This document shows positions 29,693 to 38,262 of a stretch of 64,000 bases of DNA, piece by piece (position 1 is the stretch's first letter; each line of letters begins with the position of its first letter). Made by a program: the position numbers and the translations under genes. Origin of the DNA: Gammaproteobacteria bacterium. Its GTDB lineage: Bacteria > Pseudomonadota > Gammaproteobacteria > Eutrophobiales > Eutrophobiaceae. The notes beneath the pieces were generated by a model. It saw nothing but the letters and a program-made list of their open reading frames with translations, was not told the DNA's origin and ran no database searches. The stretch lies in the NCBI GenBank assembly GCA_011772965.1, contig WVYN01000014.1, forward strand, positions 161,002 through 225,001. Direction: 5' to 3'.

Positions 29693-30031
29693 ATGAAAGC
29701 CATACCTGTCCTGTTGCTGCTGGTTCTGGCTGTCTGGTACTGGCAAATCAGCCTGAGAGGTCGTGAGTATGCCATCAGGCAATGCAAGTCCGTATGTAGG
29801 GATCTTGATATGCAACTGCTTGATCAGACAGTCTCCCTGTCAGGCATTCGACTTGGCATGACAGCAAACCGTGATTTAATGCTGATCAGGCGCTACCGAT
29901 TTGAAACCAGCTGCGACGGCCTGGACCGTTATAATGGTTACATGGTATTACATGGGCTTAATTTACAGTGCGTTGAAGTTGAACAGCCTGGCGGTAAAAT
30001 CATCATAGATAAAACTTCACATTTACATTAA
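29693..30031 (+). CDS. Hypothetical small protein with an N-terminal TM helix and four cysteines, immediately downstream of apbE
   Basis: The 112-aa protein has a hydrophobic N-terminus and cysteines at RQCKSVC, SCDG and QCVE. It lies 12 bp downstream of apbE. Confidence 0.4.
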   Translation: MKAIPVLLLLVLAVWYWQISLRGREYAIRQCKSVCRDLDMQLLDQTVSLSGIRLGMTANRDLMLIRRYRFETSCDGLDRYNGYMVLHGLNLQCVEVEQPGGKIIIDKTSHLH

Positions 30032-30050
30032 TAGCCTACAGGAGTCTGAA

Positions 30051-30533
30051 ATGCCCTCATTCGACATCGTATCCGAGATCGATATGCATGAACTCAGTAA
30101 TTCAATTGACCAGGCCAACCGGGAAATTACCAACCGATTTGATTTCAAGGGTACGAATTCAAGGGTGGAGTTGAAGGAAAACATCATCACTTTGGTGGCA
30201 CCTGCCGAATTCCAGATAAAACAAATTGAAGACATTCTAACCACGAAGATGTCAAAACGTGGTATAGATATTAAATGCCTCGAAAAGGGTGAGGTTACAG
30301 AAAATATTAACGAAGCCAAGAAGGCCATTACTGTCCGTCAGGGGATTGATAAAGAACTGGCAAAGACACTGGTAAAGCTGGTAAAAGATACCAAACTCAA
30401 GGTTCAGTCATCAATCCAGGGAGAACAGGTGCGGGTCACAGGTAAAAAGCGCGACGATTTGCAGGAGGTAATCCAGATGCTTAAAAACAGCAAGCTGGAT
30501 TTCCCGCTGCAATTCACCAACTTCAGGGACTAA
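30051..30533 (+). CDS. yajQ: YajQ family (UPF0234) nucleotide/c-di-GMP-binding protein
   Basis: MPSFDIVSEIDMHEL..REITNRFDFKG is the canonical YajQ N-terminus. The protein is 160 aa. Confidence 0.8.
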   Translation: MPSFDIVSEIDMHELSNSIDQANREITNRFDFKGTNSRVELKENIITLVAPAEFQIKQIEDILTTKMSKRGIDIKCLEKGEVTENINEAKKAITVRQGIDKELAKTLVKLVKDTKLKVQSSIQGEQVRVTGKKRDDLQEVIQMLKNSKLDFPLQFTNFRD

Positions 30534-31078
30534 ATCTTTCCATCAAGCCCCATCTGATAGTATTTGTGGACAATTTCTTCCTGGTTTGCCAGTAACCAGT
30601 CAATGTCCGGTTCATTCTTCATGGCCTTCTCTATGGCATTGAAAGTAGCTTTCCGATGAATATCAAACAGGATTTTGTGATCAAGCTCTTCTGCATCGGC
30701 AACCATCGGGTTTAACCAGACCGAGACTATAATCCCGAGATCATTCGTTTTCGCTTTAGGAATAATACCTTCTCTGACTGTATCCAGAACACCGTTGGCT
30801 ATTGCTCCCTGTACTGTTCCCATGAGGATATTGGTATAACGCTCCTTGTTAACAGTCACCTTGCTAACCATCAAGGTAGCCGGCTTGACCATGATGTCGG
30901 TGTTCATAATCGCCAATACGCGTGAATGTCCCTTGACCTGGTCACCCAGTAATGTGGCAAAAGCCGTACCGACCGGCCCGTCCAGTTCGCCTATGATTAT
31001 TTCCGGCTCTGCCGCTGTCCCCTGAGGTCCTCCCGCAACCAATGCCTCGCCTACACGCATAACAATACGTTCACTCAT
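30530..31078 (-). CDS. fae: Formaldehyde-activating enzyme (Fae / Fae-like; 5,6,7,8-tetrahydromethanopterin hydro-lyase family)
   Basis: The 182-aa protein aligns with Fae, sharing VGEALVAGG, NTDIMVKPATLM and EGIIP. It is convergent with yajQ with overlapping stop codons. Confidence 0.65.
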   Translation of the reverse strand: MSERIVMRVGEALVAGGPQGTAAEPEIIIGELDGPVGTAFATLLGDQVKGHSRVLAIMNTDIMVKPATLMVSKVTVNKERYTNILMGTVQGAIANGVLDTVREGIIPKAKTNDLGIIVSVWLNPMVADAEELDHKILFDIHRKATFNAIEKAMKNEPDIDWLLANQEEIVHKYYQMGLDGKI

Positions 31079-31140
31079 TAAATTACTCCTGATATTTGTT
31101 TTATTAAAAAAGACGGGTAAACCGTAAACCTGACAAATGA

Positions 31141-33693
31141 TTAGTCTTTTTTACTCAGTTGGGAATGAATATCTTCGAAAAGATTATTCGTTGCGTTTTT
31201 TGCGGCCCTTCTCGCAGCCTCGGCTTTCTCCTTGATCCGCCTGACGTGTTCAGAGTGTGACATGACTCTCGTTTGTTTCGCCTCTTCCAGCAATTGCTCT
31301 TCATTAAAAGAAGCAAGATCTGCTGCCACCTGCTGATCCAGTATGTCATGCTTGGTTGACTGTACCTCCATTTCCCTGCGTTTAATTTCTGCTGTAGTTT
31401 CCAGGTTTACCTTGACTTGATGGGCATTTTCAAGGTTCTTCTCGGCCTGTAGCAACTTGTGCTCAGCCATCCGCATCGCCTCAGCTGCTTCCTCTCTGGC
31501 CTTTTCATCAAGGGCATCCGCCTGGGCAGCCCGGAGTTTCTGTGCCTCGAGGGCTGCTGCAGCCTTGGCTGCTTCGGCCTCTTTTCTGGTTTTATCTATC
31601 TTACTCAGCGTTTGTTTGATCTTGCCGGATTCCAGCTCCAGTTGTTTTCTTTCCTGTTCCAGCCGTGCCCGTTCTTTTGCTCGTTCCTTTTCAAACTGTT
31701 TTTTATACTCTTCTATGATTTTCTTTGCTTCTTCAGCCGCCGCCTTACGTGCCGCCTCAGCAGCAGTATTTTCCTTGTTGGCCTGGTCAATCTCGTTATT
31801 GGCCTTCATGAATTCTTCGGCCAGTTTTCGTCTTTCAGCTTCAAGCGTAGCCATTGCTTTGGTCTGGATTTCCTGTTCCATCTTGGATTGTTCTTCGCGT
31901 TTTCTGGCAGACTCATCTTCTAGGGCCTTGCGTGATTCTTCAAGCTTGCGTTTGACTTCATCGGCACTCTCTAATTTTTTCCTGGCTTCCTCGGCTTCTT
32001 TCTCTATTTTTTCGCGCTCCTTGCGTAGCTGCTCCTCTGCCTGCTCCTTCAATTTCTGGAGTTTTTCCATTTCCCGGGTGTTCTTGGTATAGATTTCCTC
32101 CAGTTTCTTCTTTTCTTCTGCTAGGCGCTTTTCGGTCTCTTCTTTAAGTTTTTCAATCTTCCGTGCTTCTTCTTCCCTGAATTTTCTGGTTTCTTCCTCG
32201 GCTGCTTTCTTCGCCTCGGCAAGTTGCTTACGTTCCTCTTCGAGTTGCCTTTTCTTCTCTCTTATCTCGGTGATATCTTCATCATCTTTCGCCCCGGACA
32301 GCTTGTTACTGGTACGTTCCAGTCTGATATCATTCAGGGTCATGTCTGCATCAAGTGCAGCTGAGCGAATGCTGGGATCATCGTCCTCAGTTTCCAATTG
32401 CTGATCTTGTACTGGCTCTGGTTTTGTTTCCGCCTTGGGTGCGGCCTCGGGCACGGGTTCCATGGTTTCAGGCTTTGCTTTTTGCCCAGCTTCAGCTTTT
32501 ACCCTCGGCCTGAGATTTACACCCTCACTGTCGTCTTTCCTGGGTACAGGCTTGGCTTCCGGTTTTTTCTCAGGTTCCGCTTTCTGTTTCGGCCGCAGGT
32601 TTACTCCGCTACTTTCGACATGTGATATCGACAATCCGCCTTTCAGGACACTGGCCTTAAAGCCATTGCTAATCATGGTAAATACCGCAGCCGAGCTGCG
32701 ACCACCGGAATCACAGCAGACAAGATAATGCTTGCTCCGGTCAAGACTATCCAGTTTTGCCCTTAGAAGATTGAAAGGAATATTGATACTGCCCTTGATG
32801 TTCGACTCCTCATATTCATCCTTGAAGCGCACATCCATCCAGACCGCGGCACCACTATCAACCAGGGATTTACCCTGTTCAAAGCTTATTTCGTTCAGTG
32901 ATGGTAATGTGACCAGAGTAATGAAATTTTCCTTGCTAAGTTTCATCAAGGTGCCATCGGTCAACATGGTGACAGAGGCATTTCTGGTTCCATCTGTCAA
33001 TAAGGCCTCTTCCCCGAAACTGTCCCCGTCTTTAAGTTCCGCCAGCTTGATCGGTTTCGCGCCTTCTGAGGGGGCGCGGGAAACTTCACAATGACCTTCC
33101 TGGACGATGTAATAACTGTCTCCCGGCTCTCCTTGCTCGATAACCGTATCTCCGGCCTTGTAGTCAATGGGTTCGAGCATGACAAACAGCTGTTGAATAT
33201 TGGCGGTAGGTAACTGGCTAAAGATTTCTGATTGCAACATCTTGGTCATCCAGTCAACGGTATCATCCTGATCGATTTCGTTAACAACAAAGTGCCGACT
33301 GGTGGTGATGTCACCTTCTTCAGATTTGTCGGCAACCAGGATTCGGTCAATTGCAGCCTTGTCCAGTTGCAGAACCATGGAATCCACTTTGGCCCTGGCA
33401 GTGAACTGGCGTGGCAAGAGGCGGGCCATTGCATAACGGGCACTGTCAGTACCACCGACGATGGTACTTTTCACATCTCTGCCCGCCATTAAATCAATCT
33501 TGCCTTCCAGCAGGTAAAAGGCGTAATTGTCATGGTCCCCTTGTTTGAAGACAATATCCTTATTCTTGAACTTGAAGATCTTGCCTATCTGGACGATCTC
33601 ATTCTGTGCCTGGGGAGATATTTCATCGAAAGGCACCAGCGACTTGATCTTCTCCTTGTATGGAGCCTTGTCCTGTTCTTTATTGAATATCAT
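31141..33693 (-). CDS. Large multidomain protein: two cNMP-binding domains, a rhodanese domain with an active-site Cys, a Pro/Lys-rich linker with a tandem repeat, and a roughly 430-aa E/K/R-rich coiled-coil or single-alpha-helix C-terminal region
   Basis: It has two cNMP-binding folds (..GDSFGEEALL..), the rhodanese loop YLVCCDSGGRSS, repeated GVNLRP[KR].KAE..K.KPE units, and then hundreds of residues of EEARK/KLKE periodicity. It is 850 aa. Confidence 0.7.
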   Translation of the reverse strand: MIFNKEQDKAPYKEKIKSLVPFDEISPQAQNEIVQIGKIFKFKNKDIVFKQGDHDNYAFYLLEGKIDLMAGRDVKSTIVGGTDSARYAMARLLPRQFTARAKVDSMVLQLDKAAIDRILVADKSEEGDITTSRHFVVNEIDQDDTVDWMTKMLQSEIFSQLPTANIQQLFVMLEPIDYKAGDTVIEQGEPGDSYYIVQEGHCEVSRAPSEGAKPIKLAELKDGDSFGEEALLTDGTRNASVTMLTDGTLMKLSKENFITLVTLPSLNEISFEQGKSLVDSGAAVWMDVRFKDEYEESNIKGSINIPFNLLRAKLDSLDRSKHYLVCCDSGGRSSAAVFTMISNGFKASVLKGGLSISHVESSGVNLRPKQKAEPEKKPEAKPVPRKDDSEGVNLRPRVKAEAGQKAKPETMEPVPEAAPKAETKPEPVQDQQLETEDDDPSIRSAALDADMTLNDIRLERTSNKLSGAKDDEDITEIREKKRQLEEERKQLAEAKKAAEEETRKFREEEARKIEKLKEETEKRLAEEKKKLEEIYTKNTREMEKLQKLKEQAEEQLRKEREKIEKEAEEARKKLESADEVKRKLEESRKALEDESARKREEQSKMEQEIQTKAMATLEAERRKLAEEFMKANNEIDQANKENTAAEAARKAAAEEAKKIIEEYKKQFEKERAKERARLEQERKQLELESGKIKQTLSKIDKTRKEAEAAKAAAALEAQKLRAAQADALDEKAREEAAEAMRMAEHKLLQAEKNLENAHQVKVNLETTAEIKRREMEVQSTKHDILDQQVAADLASFNEEQLLEEAKQTRVMSHSEHVRRIKEKAEAARRAAKNATNNLFEDIHSQLSKKD
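32507..32620 (-). repeat. Imperfect tandem repeat of about 84 bp within the Pro/Lys-rich linker of the cNMP/rhodanese protein
   Basis: cggcctgagatttacaccctcactgtcgtc at 32507 matches cggccgcaggtttactccgctactttcgac at 32591. This repeat encodes the duplicated peptide GVNLRP. Confidence 0.5.
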
Positions 33694-33808
33694 GACTTAT
33701 ATCCCTTTCCCGGGATGATTAATGTACACTTTGAAACAGTCTCTTAAAGGAATGAACCAAAGCTTTAGATTATATAGATTTGGTGAGGGATAGCATACCC
33801 GTAAGTCT

Positions 33809-34498
33809 ATGAATCAATTAACACAATTAATCTCGGAACTGAATTTGATCAGTCTTGCTATCGTGGTTCTGACCGGACTACTGGGCGTGTTGCTGTTATT
33901 CCTCGGTTTGCGCCATCTCTGGCAGCGTCGCATCTTCTCGGGAGGCTTTAATGGACTGCTCGGGATTTGCCTGCTGTTGGTGGCAGCCGCAGTCCTACTG
34001 GTTACACTAAATTTGCTTACATATCATAGACTTAAATACGAAGAACCGATTCTTACCATCCATTTCAATAAGCTGGGGGAGAAACAGTATTCGGCTGATT
34101 TGAAATTAAAGGATAACGGACAAACAGCTGTCTATAACCTCTCAGGTGACGAGTGGCAAATTGATGCCCGGGTCCTGAGCTGGAAACCGCCTGCCCGGAT
34201 CCTCGGGCTGAATGCCATGTACAGGCTTGAACGTCTGCATGGGCGCTATCAGTCCATTGACCATGAGCGGCAACGTGATAGGACCGTCTACTCACTGGTT
34301 GAAAACAAGGGCCTGGATATCTGGCCACTCGTAAAAAAATATAATGACCGGATCGCCTGGGTTGATGCCTACTTTGGCAGTGCCACCTACCTGCCAATGG
34401 AAGATGATGCCACCTATGAGGTTCTTATTTCCCAGAATGGACTTATCGCCCGACCGTTAAATTCTCCGGCCCGGGCCCGCCTGAATGAATGGCAATAA
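33809..34498 (+). CDS. Hypothetical membrane protein (two N-terminal TM helices plus a soluble domain)
   Basis: The 229-aa ORF has reasonable coding statistics. No family was recognised. Confidence 0.4.
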   Translation: MNQLTQLISELNLISLAIVVLTGLLGVLLLFLGLRHLWQRRIFSGGFNGLLGICLLLVAAAVLLVTLNLLTYHRLKYEEPILTIHFNKLGEKQYSADLKLKDNGQTAVYNLSGDEWQIDARVLSWKPPARILGLNAMYRLERLHGRYQSIDHERQRDRTVYSLVENKGLDIWPLVKKYNDRIAWVDAYFGSATYLPMEDDATYEVLISQNGLIARPLNSPARARLNEWQ

Positions 34499-34518
34499 AA
34501 ACTATTTACAGGGAGCAT

Positions 34519-36624
34519 TTACTTAAACACGATGCGGATACTTACCCCACTGTCCTCCTCAAGGTTCTCGGCAACAATCTCAGCATGATGGAACTCGGCA
34601 ATGATCCGGGCAATATAAAGCCCCAGTCCCAGATGTGGACTGTCTTTCTTTTGTTTCTCACGCATAGAGACCATTGAGTCAAACAACTGTCCCTTCATGT
34701 CTTCCGGAAGTAATGGTCCATAGTTACTGACAGTGATTGAATTGACAGAGTCATCACTGGATAGAGCTATCGAAACTGGTGTATCCGGCTCACTGAAATC
34801 AACAGCATTCGAAACCAGCTTATCCAGCATCTGCATGAACAGATCAGGCGCGATGTCCATGACCTGTTCTGTGTCTGGCAAGGTCAATTCAAAACGCTGG
34901 GATGGATAGGCGATACGATAACCCTCAACCGCCTGTGTCAATAACCTGCAAATATCAACTTTAGTTTTGCCAGCTGATTGCAGGGCCTGTTCAAGGCGGG
35001 CGGCCTCACTCAGGCGTGTCACCAGAAGATTTAATCGCTGTATACCATCACGGGCACGTTGAATATAAACCTGTTTGTCTTCTTCAATACCCGAATCAAT
35101 ATTATCCAGGGAAGACTGGACCACAGCCATTGGTGTACGTAATTCATGTGACAGTTTCCCTGCCATGCCTTCCAGGTAATGATTGTACTGTTTGAGTCTC
35201 TCCAGAATAGTGGCGTAGTTGCGTGAAAGATCGCCAATTTCATCGCTGGCATGACTTTTAGACATGTCACCGATCACCCGGCCATACTCGTCTATTGCAC
35301 TTGCGGCTTCCTTACTCAAACGTTGCAGCCTGATTGAAAGGCGGCTGGCAAAGATCAAAAGCAGCAGGATGATGATGAAGAATAACAACAGGGTTTTATT
35401 GACAAGGCTGACCAGGGCATCACGTTGTAACAACTGAATGTTGTTTGTTGTCTCTTCCGCAACTACCACACCCCGGATTTCATCAAAGACCCATACCGGT
35501 GCGGCAGCAGAGACGATTACTGCTTTTTTATCGGGAGATAATCGCCAACGCGACTCCGGTTTCCCATTCAGGGCTGATTGTATTTCTTTGCCGTAAAGTC
35601 TGGAAGCACCGGCCAGATCATCCTCGAAGCGGTCTGTCACAGGCGGCAGGATAAGTTTATAAAACAGGTTCAGTGGATGTTTGCTAATGTCATGCCTGAG
35701 ATTGCCTGCATTGGCCAATACCTGTCCGCGACTGTCAAGCACCCAGATTCGCCTGCCAGGGCTGCTGTGCAGGCGGGTAATCATATTTTCCAGATGATTG
35801 TCAGGAAGAATCACCCTCCCCGGCCTGATAAGAGTATCGTTTCCAGCCGTACCAGTATATTTAAATTTTAACTGACCATTACCCGAGTCTGTATCAGCAA
35901 CAACGATTCCCAGGCGATCATGAGACAGGTTTAGTGGTAACGCTATTTCGAGATTATAACCGTTATCAAACGGTTGCCAGCTTGCAACGATATTGGTTTT
36001 ATAACGAATAAATTTTTTTTCGATCCAGTCATCACGCACTGTCTCAATCTGGAAAGGGTTGAAATTACCCGGGACCGAGGGAGCAAAATAATATTTTTGC
36101 CTGATTACATAATCATCGCCAATTACCATAATTATATGATCACTGTCTATGATTGCCTCAGTGTCAGGCTGATGATAAATGATATTTTCATCATTGATTT
36201 GCAATAAAACATGAAGAGTATTTTCAAAAATACCTGCAACCAGACGATAGGAACCGTCAGGATATGTGAATTCAGTACTTGTACCCAGTTCCCGCGGATA
36301 GATTTCAGACCAGTCGAGATACTGGATCCAGTCATCAAGATAACCATCTGTTTGTATTGGAGTGTTCAATTGATGAATAAAGAATGTTGGATCCACCGCA
36401 GTCTGTCGATCGGGGAAACGTCGATAACTCTGGTGTAATGAAGCAGCAATCGCCCTGGTGGATTCAAGGAGTGATGATTCAAGGTTAGTGCGCAATCGAT
36501 GTTCCATCTCACTCATGTATTCATAAGCGATATAGGGCAAAGTGAGTATCGCGATGGATAAAAGTAATAATTTGACGCGGATGGTGAATCGAAACCCGTC
36601 TGGCTTCTTATTTAATGACGACAC
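34519..36624 (-). CDS. Sensor histidine kinase of the proteobacterial dedicated sortase system (PdsS-like), with a large periplasmic sensor domain
   Basis: It has an N-terminal TM helix, a periplasmic region of about 380 aa, a second TM helix, a HisKA domain (LSHELRTPM) and a HATPase_c domain. It is 701 aa and lies adjacent to pdsR. Confidence 0.7.
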   Translation of the reverse strand: MSSLNKKPDGFRFTIRVKLLLLSIAILTLPYIAYEYMSEMEHRLRTNLESSLLESTRAIAASLHQSYRRFPDRQTAVDPTFFIHQLNTPIQTDGYLDDWIQYLDWSEIYPRELGTSTEFTYPDGSYRLVAGIFENTLHVLLQINDENIIYHQPDTEAIIDSDHIIMVIGDDYVIRQKYYFAPSVPGNFNPFQIETVRDDWIEKKFIRYKTNIVASWQPFDNGYNLEIALPLNLSHDRLGIVVADTDSGNGQLKFKYTGTAGNDTLIRPGRVILPDNHLENMITRLHSSPGRRIWVLDSRGQVLANAGNLRHDISKHPLNLFYKLILPPVTDRFEDDLAGASRLYGKEIQSALNGKPESRWRLSPDKKAVIVSAAAPVWVFDEIRGVVVAEETTNNIQLLQRDALVSLVNKTLLLFFIIILLLLIFASRLSIRLQRLSKEAASAIDEYGRVIGDMSKSHASDEIGDLSRNYATILERLKQYNHYLEGMAGKLSHELRTPMAVVQSSLDNIDSGIEEDKQVYIQRARDGIQRLNLLVTRLSEAARLEQALQSAGKTKVDICRLLTQAVEGYRIAYPSQRFELTLPDTEQVMDIAPDLFMQMLDKLVSNAVDFSEPDTPVSIALSSDDSVNSITVSNYGPLLPEDMKGQLFDSMVSMREKQKKDSPHLGLGLYIARIIAEFHHAEIVAENLEEDSGVSIRIVFK

Positions 36625-36652
36625 GGTAAAAACTCAATCCTGTTCAGATGTT

Positions 36653-37342
36653 CTATAGATTCCAGCGGTAACCGAGACCATATATTGTTTCAATACAGTC
36701 AAATTCCTTGTCAACAGTTATAAATTTTTTCCTGATTCTTTTGATATGCGAGGTAATAGTCCCCTCATCAACAAACATTTTTGCTTCACTCATCAATTGT
36801 TCTCTGCTTTTGACATGCCCCGGCCTGTATGCCAAAGAGTAGACGATCCAGAATTCCGTGAGGGTGACATCAATTTTGCTGGATTTCCATTCAAGCAAAA
36901 GCCGGTTTTTGTCGATCATCAAGTGGCCATGGCTGATGACATCATCTTCAGTGACCGGGTTACGAAAGGCATCGATTCTGCGAAACAGCGCAGCTATCCG
37001 GGCAAGCAACTGTGGCATGGTAATGTCCTTGGTCAGGTAATCATCCGCACCAAGTCTCAGGCCCGAGATGGTATCAAGATCCGAATCCCTGGCTGTAAGG
37101 AAAATAATCGGTACGATTTCTGAAAGGTTTCGTAATTCGCGACATAGATCGAAACCCCCCTCGTTCTCTTCACCAAGACCCACATCGATGAGTATCAGAT
37201 CTGGCAGTTTCTGGCTGAATTGTTTCAATGCCTCCTTGCGATTGGTATAGCTTGATACCTGGTATCCCTGCTTTTGCAGGGCATCCGAATAATTTTCCCG
37301 AATGTCGCTCTCATCCTCAACCAGCGCAACTGTTTTCACCAT
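36653..37342 (-). CDS. OmpR-family response regulator of the dedicated sortase system (PdsR-like)
   Basis: It has a REC domain (LVEDE..D, DLILIDVGL, K at ..TKD..) and a C-terminal winged-helix trans_reg_C domain. It is 229 aa. Confidence 0.75.
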   Translation of the reverse strand: MVKTVALVEDESDIRENYSDALQKQGYQVSSYTNRKEALKQFSQKLPDLILIDVGLGEENEGGFDLCRELRNLSEIVPIIFLTARDSDLDTISGLRLGADDYLTKDITMPQLLARIAALFRRIDAFRNPVTEDDVISHGHLMIDKNRLLLEWKSSKIDVTLTEFWIVYSLAYRPGHVKSREQLMSEAKMFVDEGTITSHIKRIRKKFITVDKEFDCIETIYGLGYRWNL

Positions 37343-37426
37343 TCAACTTCCCCGTTCTGCTCCTATGTCAATGTATAATATTTTCTGGCAAAAATATTCC
37401 CCTCACGCACAATTGCCATAATTTCG

Positions 37427-37455
37427 CCATATTTCATCGTTTCATTTCCATATTT
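37427..37455. promoter_or_regulatory. Direct repeat CCATATTT(n13)CCATATTT in the divergent pdsR/pdsO intergenic region, a candidate OmpR-type (PdsR) operator
   Basis: CCATATTT occurs at 37427-37434 and again at 37448-37455, a spacing of 21 bp. Interleaved TTTCAT repeats are also present. Confidence 0.3.
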
Positions 37456-37529
37456 TCAGCGCTGTTTGGCCACAGATAAGCGCTTAAATACTTTCCTGTA
37501 ATCGACTTGCATCAGACAGGAGAGATCAA

Positions 37530-38237
37530 ATGAAACAAGCAATATCTACCCTTCTAATCATCAGCGCATTTGCCGGTCCGGTCGCTATGGCAGATGAGCA
37601 AACGACGCTGGCTATCCATGAGACCGGTGGTTTGGGTGTTGGTGCCCTGATCGGCGGCCTCATAGCGGGACCTCCCGGAATTGTGCTGGGAGCTGCAGGC
37701 GGTGCCATTTACGGTAACCGTCAGGGTGAAAAGGAAAACCAGTTGACCGCCATGGAAAGAAAACTGCAGGACCGGGAAGTAGAGCTGGCTGTCGTTAAGA
37801 ACGAGTTATCAAAAACCCGTTCTGATTATTCCAGCAAAATGCAGAAAGTCACCCTGGACAATCGTAAGGCATCACTGGATGAGCTGACCCAGGGGATTTC
37901 CATGTCGGTTTTCTTTCGCACCAACCAGAGCCGTATCGACCTTGGCTTGAAGCCTCACTTGCACAGACTGGTGGCGCTTATACAGGACATACCGGAATTG
38001 TCCGTCAGCCTGGACGGCTATGCCGACCAGCGAGGCGATGAATCACATAACCTCCAGCTCAGCCGCGATCGTGCCCGTGCCGTGGAGGATGAACTGATCA
38101 GGGCCGGGCTCCCACGGGAACGCATCAAACAGCAGGCACATGGTGAATCCAGTGTACGTGCTGCAGACGGGGACATCGAAGGCTACGTATTTGACCGGCG
38201 CGTGGATATCGAGCTGACCGTCGAGGCCGAAGCGTAA
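37530..38237 (+). CDS. OmpA-family protein of the dedicated sortase system (PdsO-like): signal peptide, glycine-zipper, coiled coil, and a C-terminal OmpA peptidoglycan-binding domain
   Basis: It has the signal peptide, a GGLGVGALIGGLIAG glycine-zipper, and the OmpA_C motif LDGYADQRGDESHNLQLSRDRA. Confidence 0.7.
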   Translation: MKQAISTLLIISAFAGPVAMADEQTTLAIHETGGLGVGALIGGLIAGPPGIVLGAAGGAIYGNRQGEKENQLTAMERKLQDREVELAVVKNELSKTRSDYSSKMQKVTLDNRKASLDELTQGISMSVFFRTNQSRIDLGLKPHLHRLVALIQDIPELSVSLDGYADQRGDESHNLQLSRDRARAVEDELIRAGLPRERIKQQAHGESSVRAADGDIEGYVFDRRVDIELTVEAEA

Positions 38238-38262
38238 CCCGTCCTCAAGCCCAGAATCCATT

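Noticed and set aside
31457-32092. 211-aa and 154-aa plus-strand ORFs (Ser/Ala/Leu/Phe-rich) inside the large minus-strand gene
   Set aside because: They are antisense translations of the low-complexity E/K/R-rich repeat region, with no start context, so they are artefacts of repetitive GAA/AAG-rich DNA.
31141-33693. Possibility that the 850-aa protein is two genes (sensor/rhodanese plus a TolA-like charged protein)
   Set aside because: A single uninterrupted frame spans the domains with no internal start or RBS signal at the junction, so it is kept as one CDS pending read-level confirmation.
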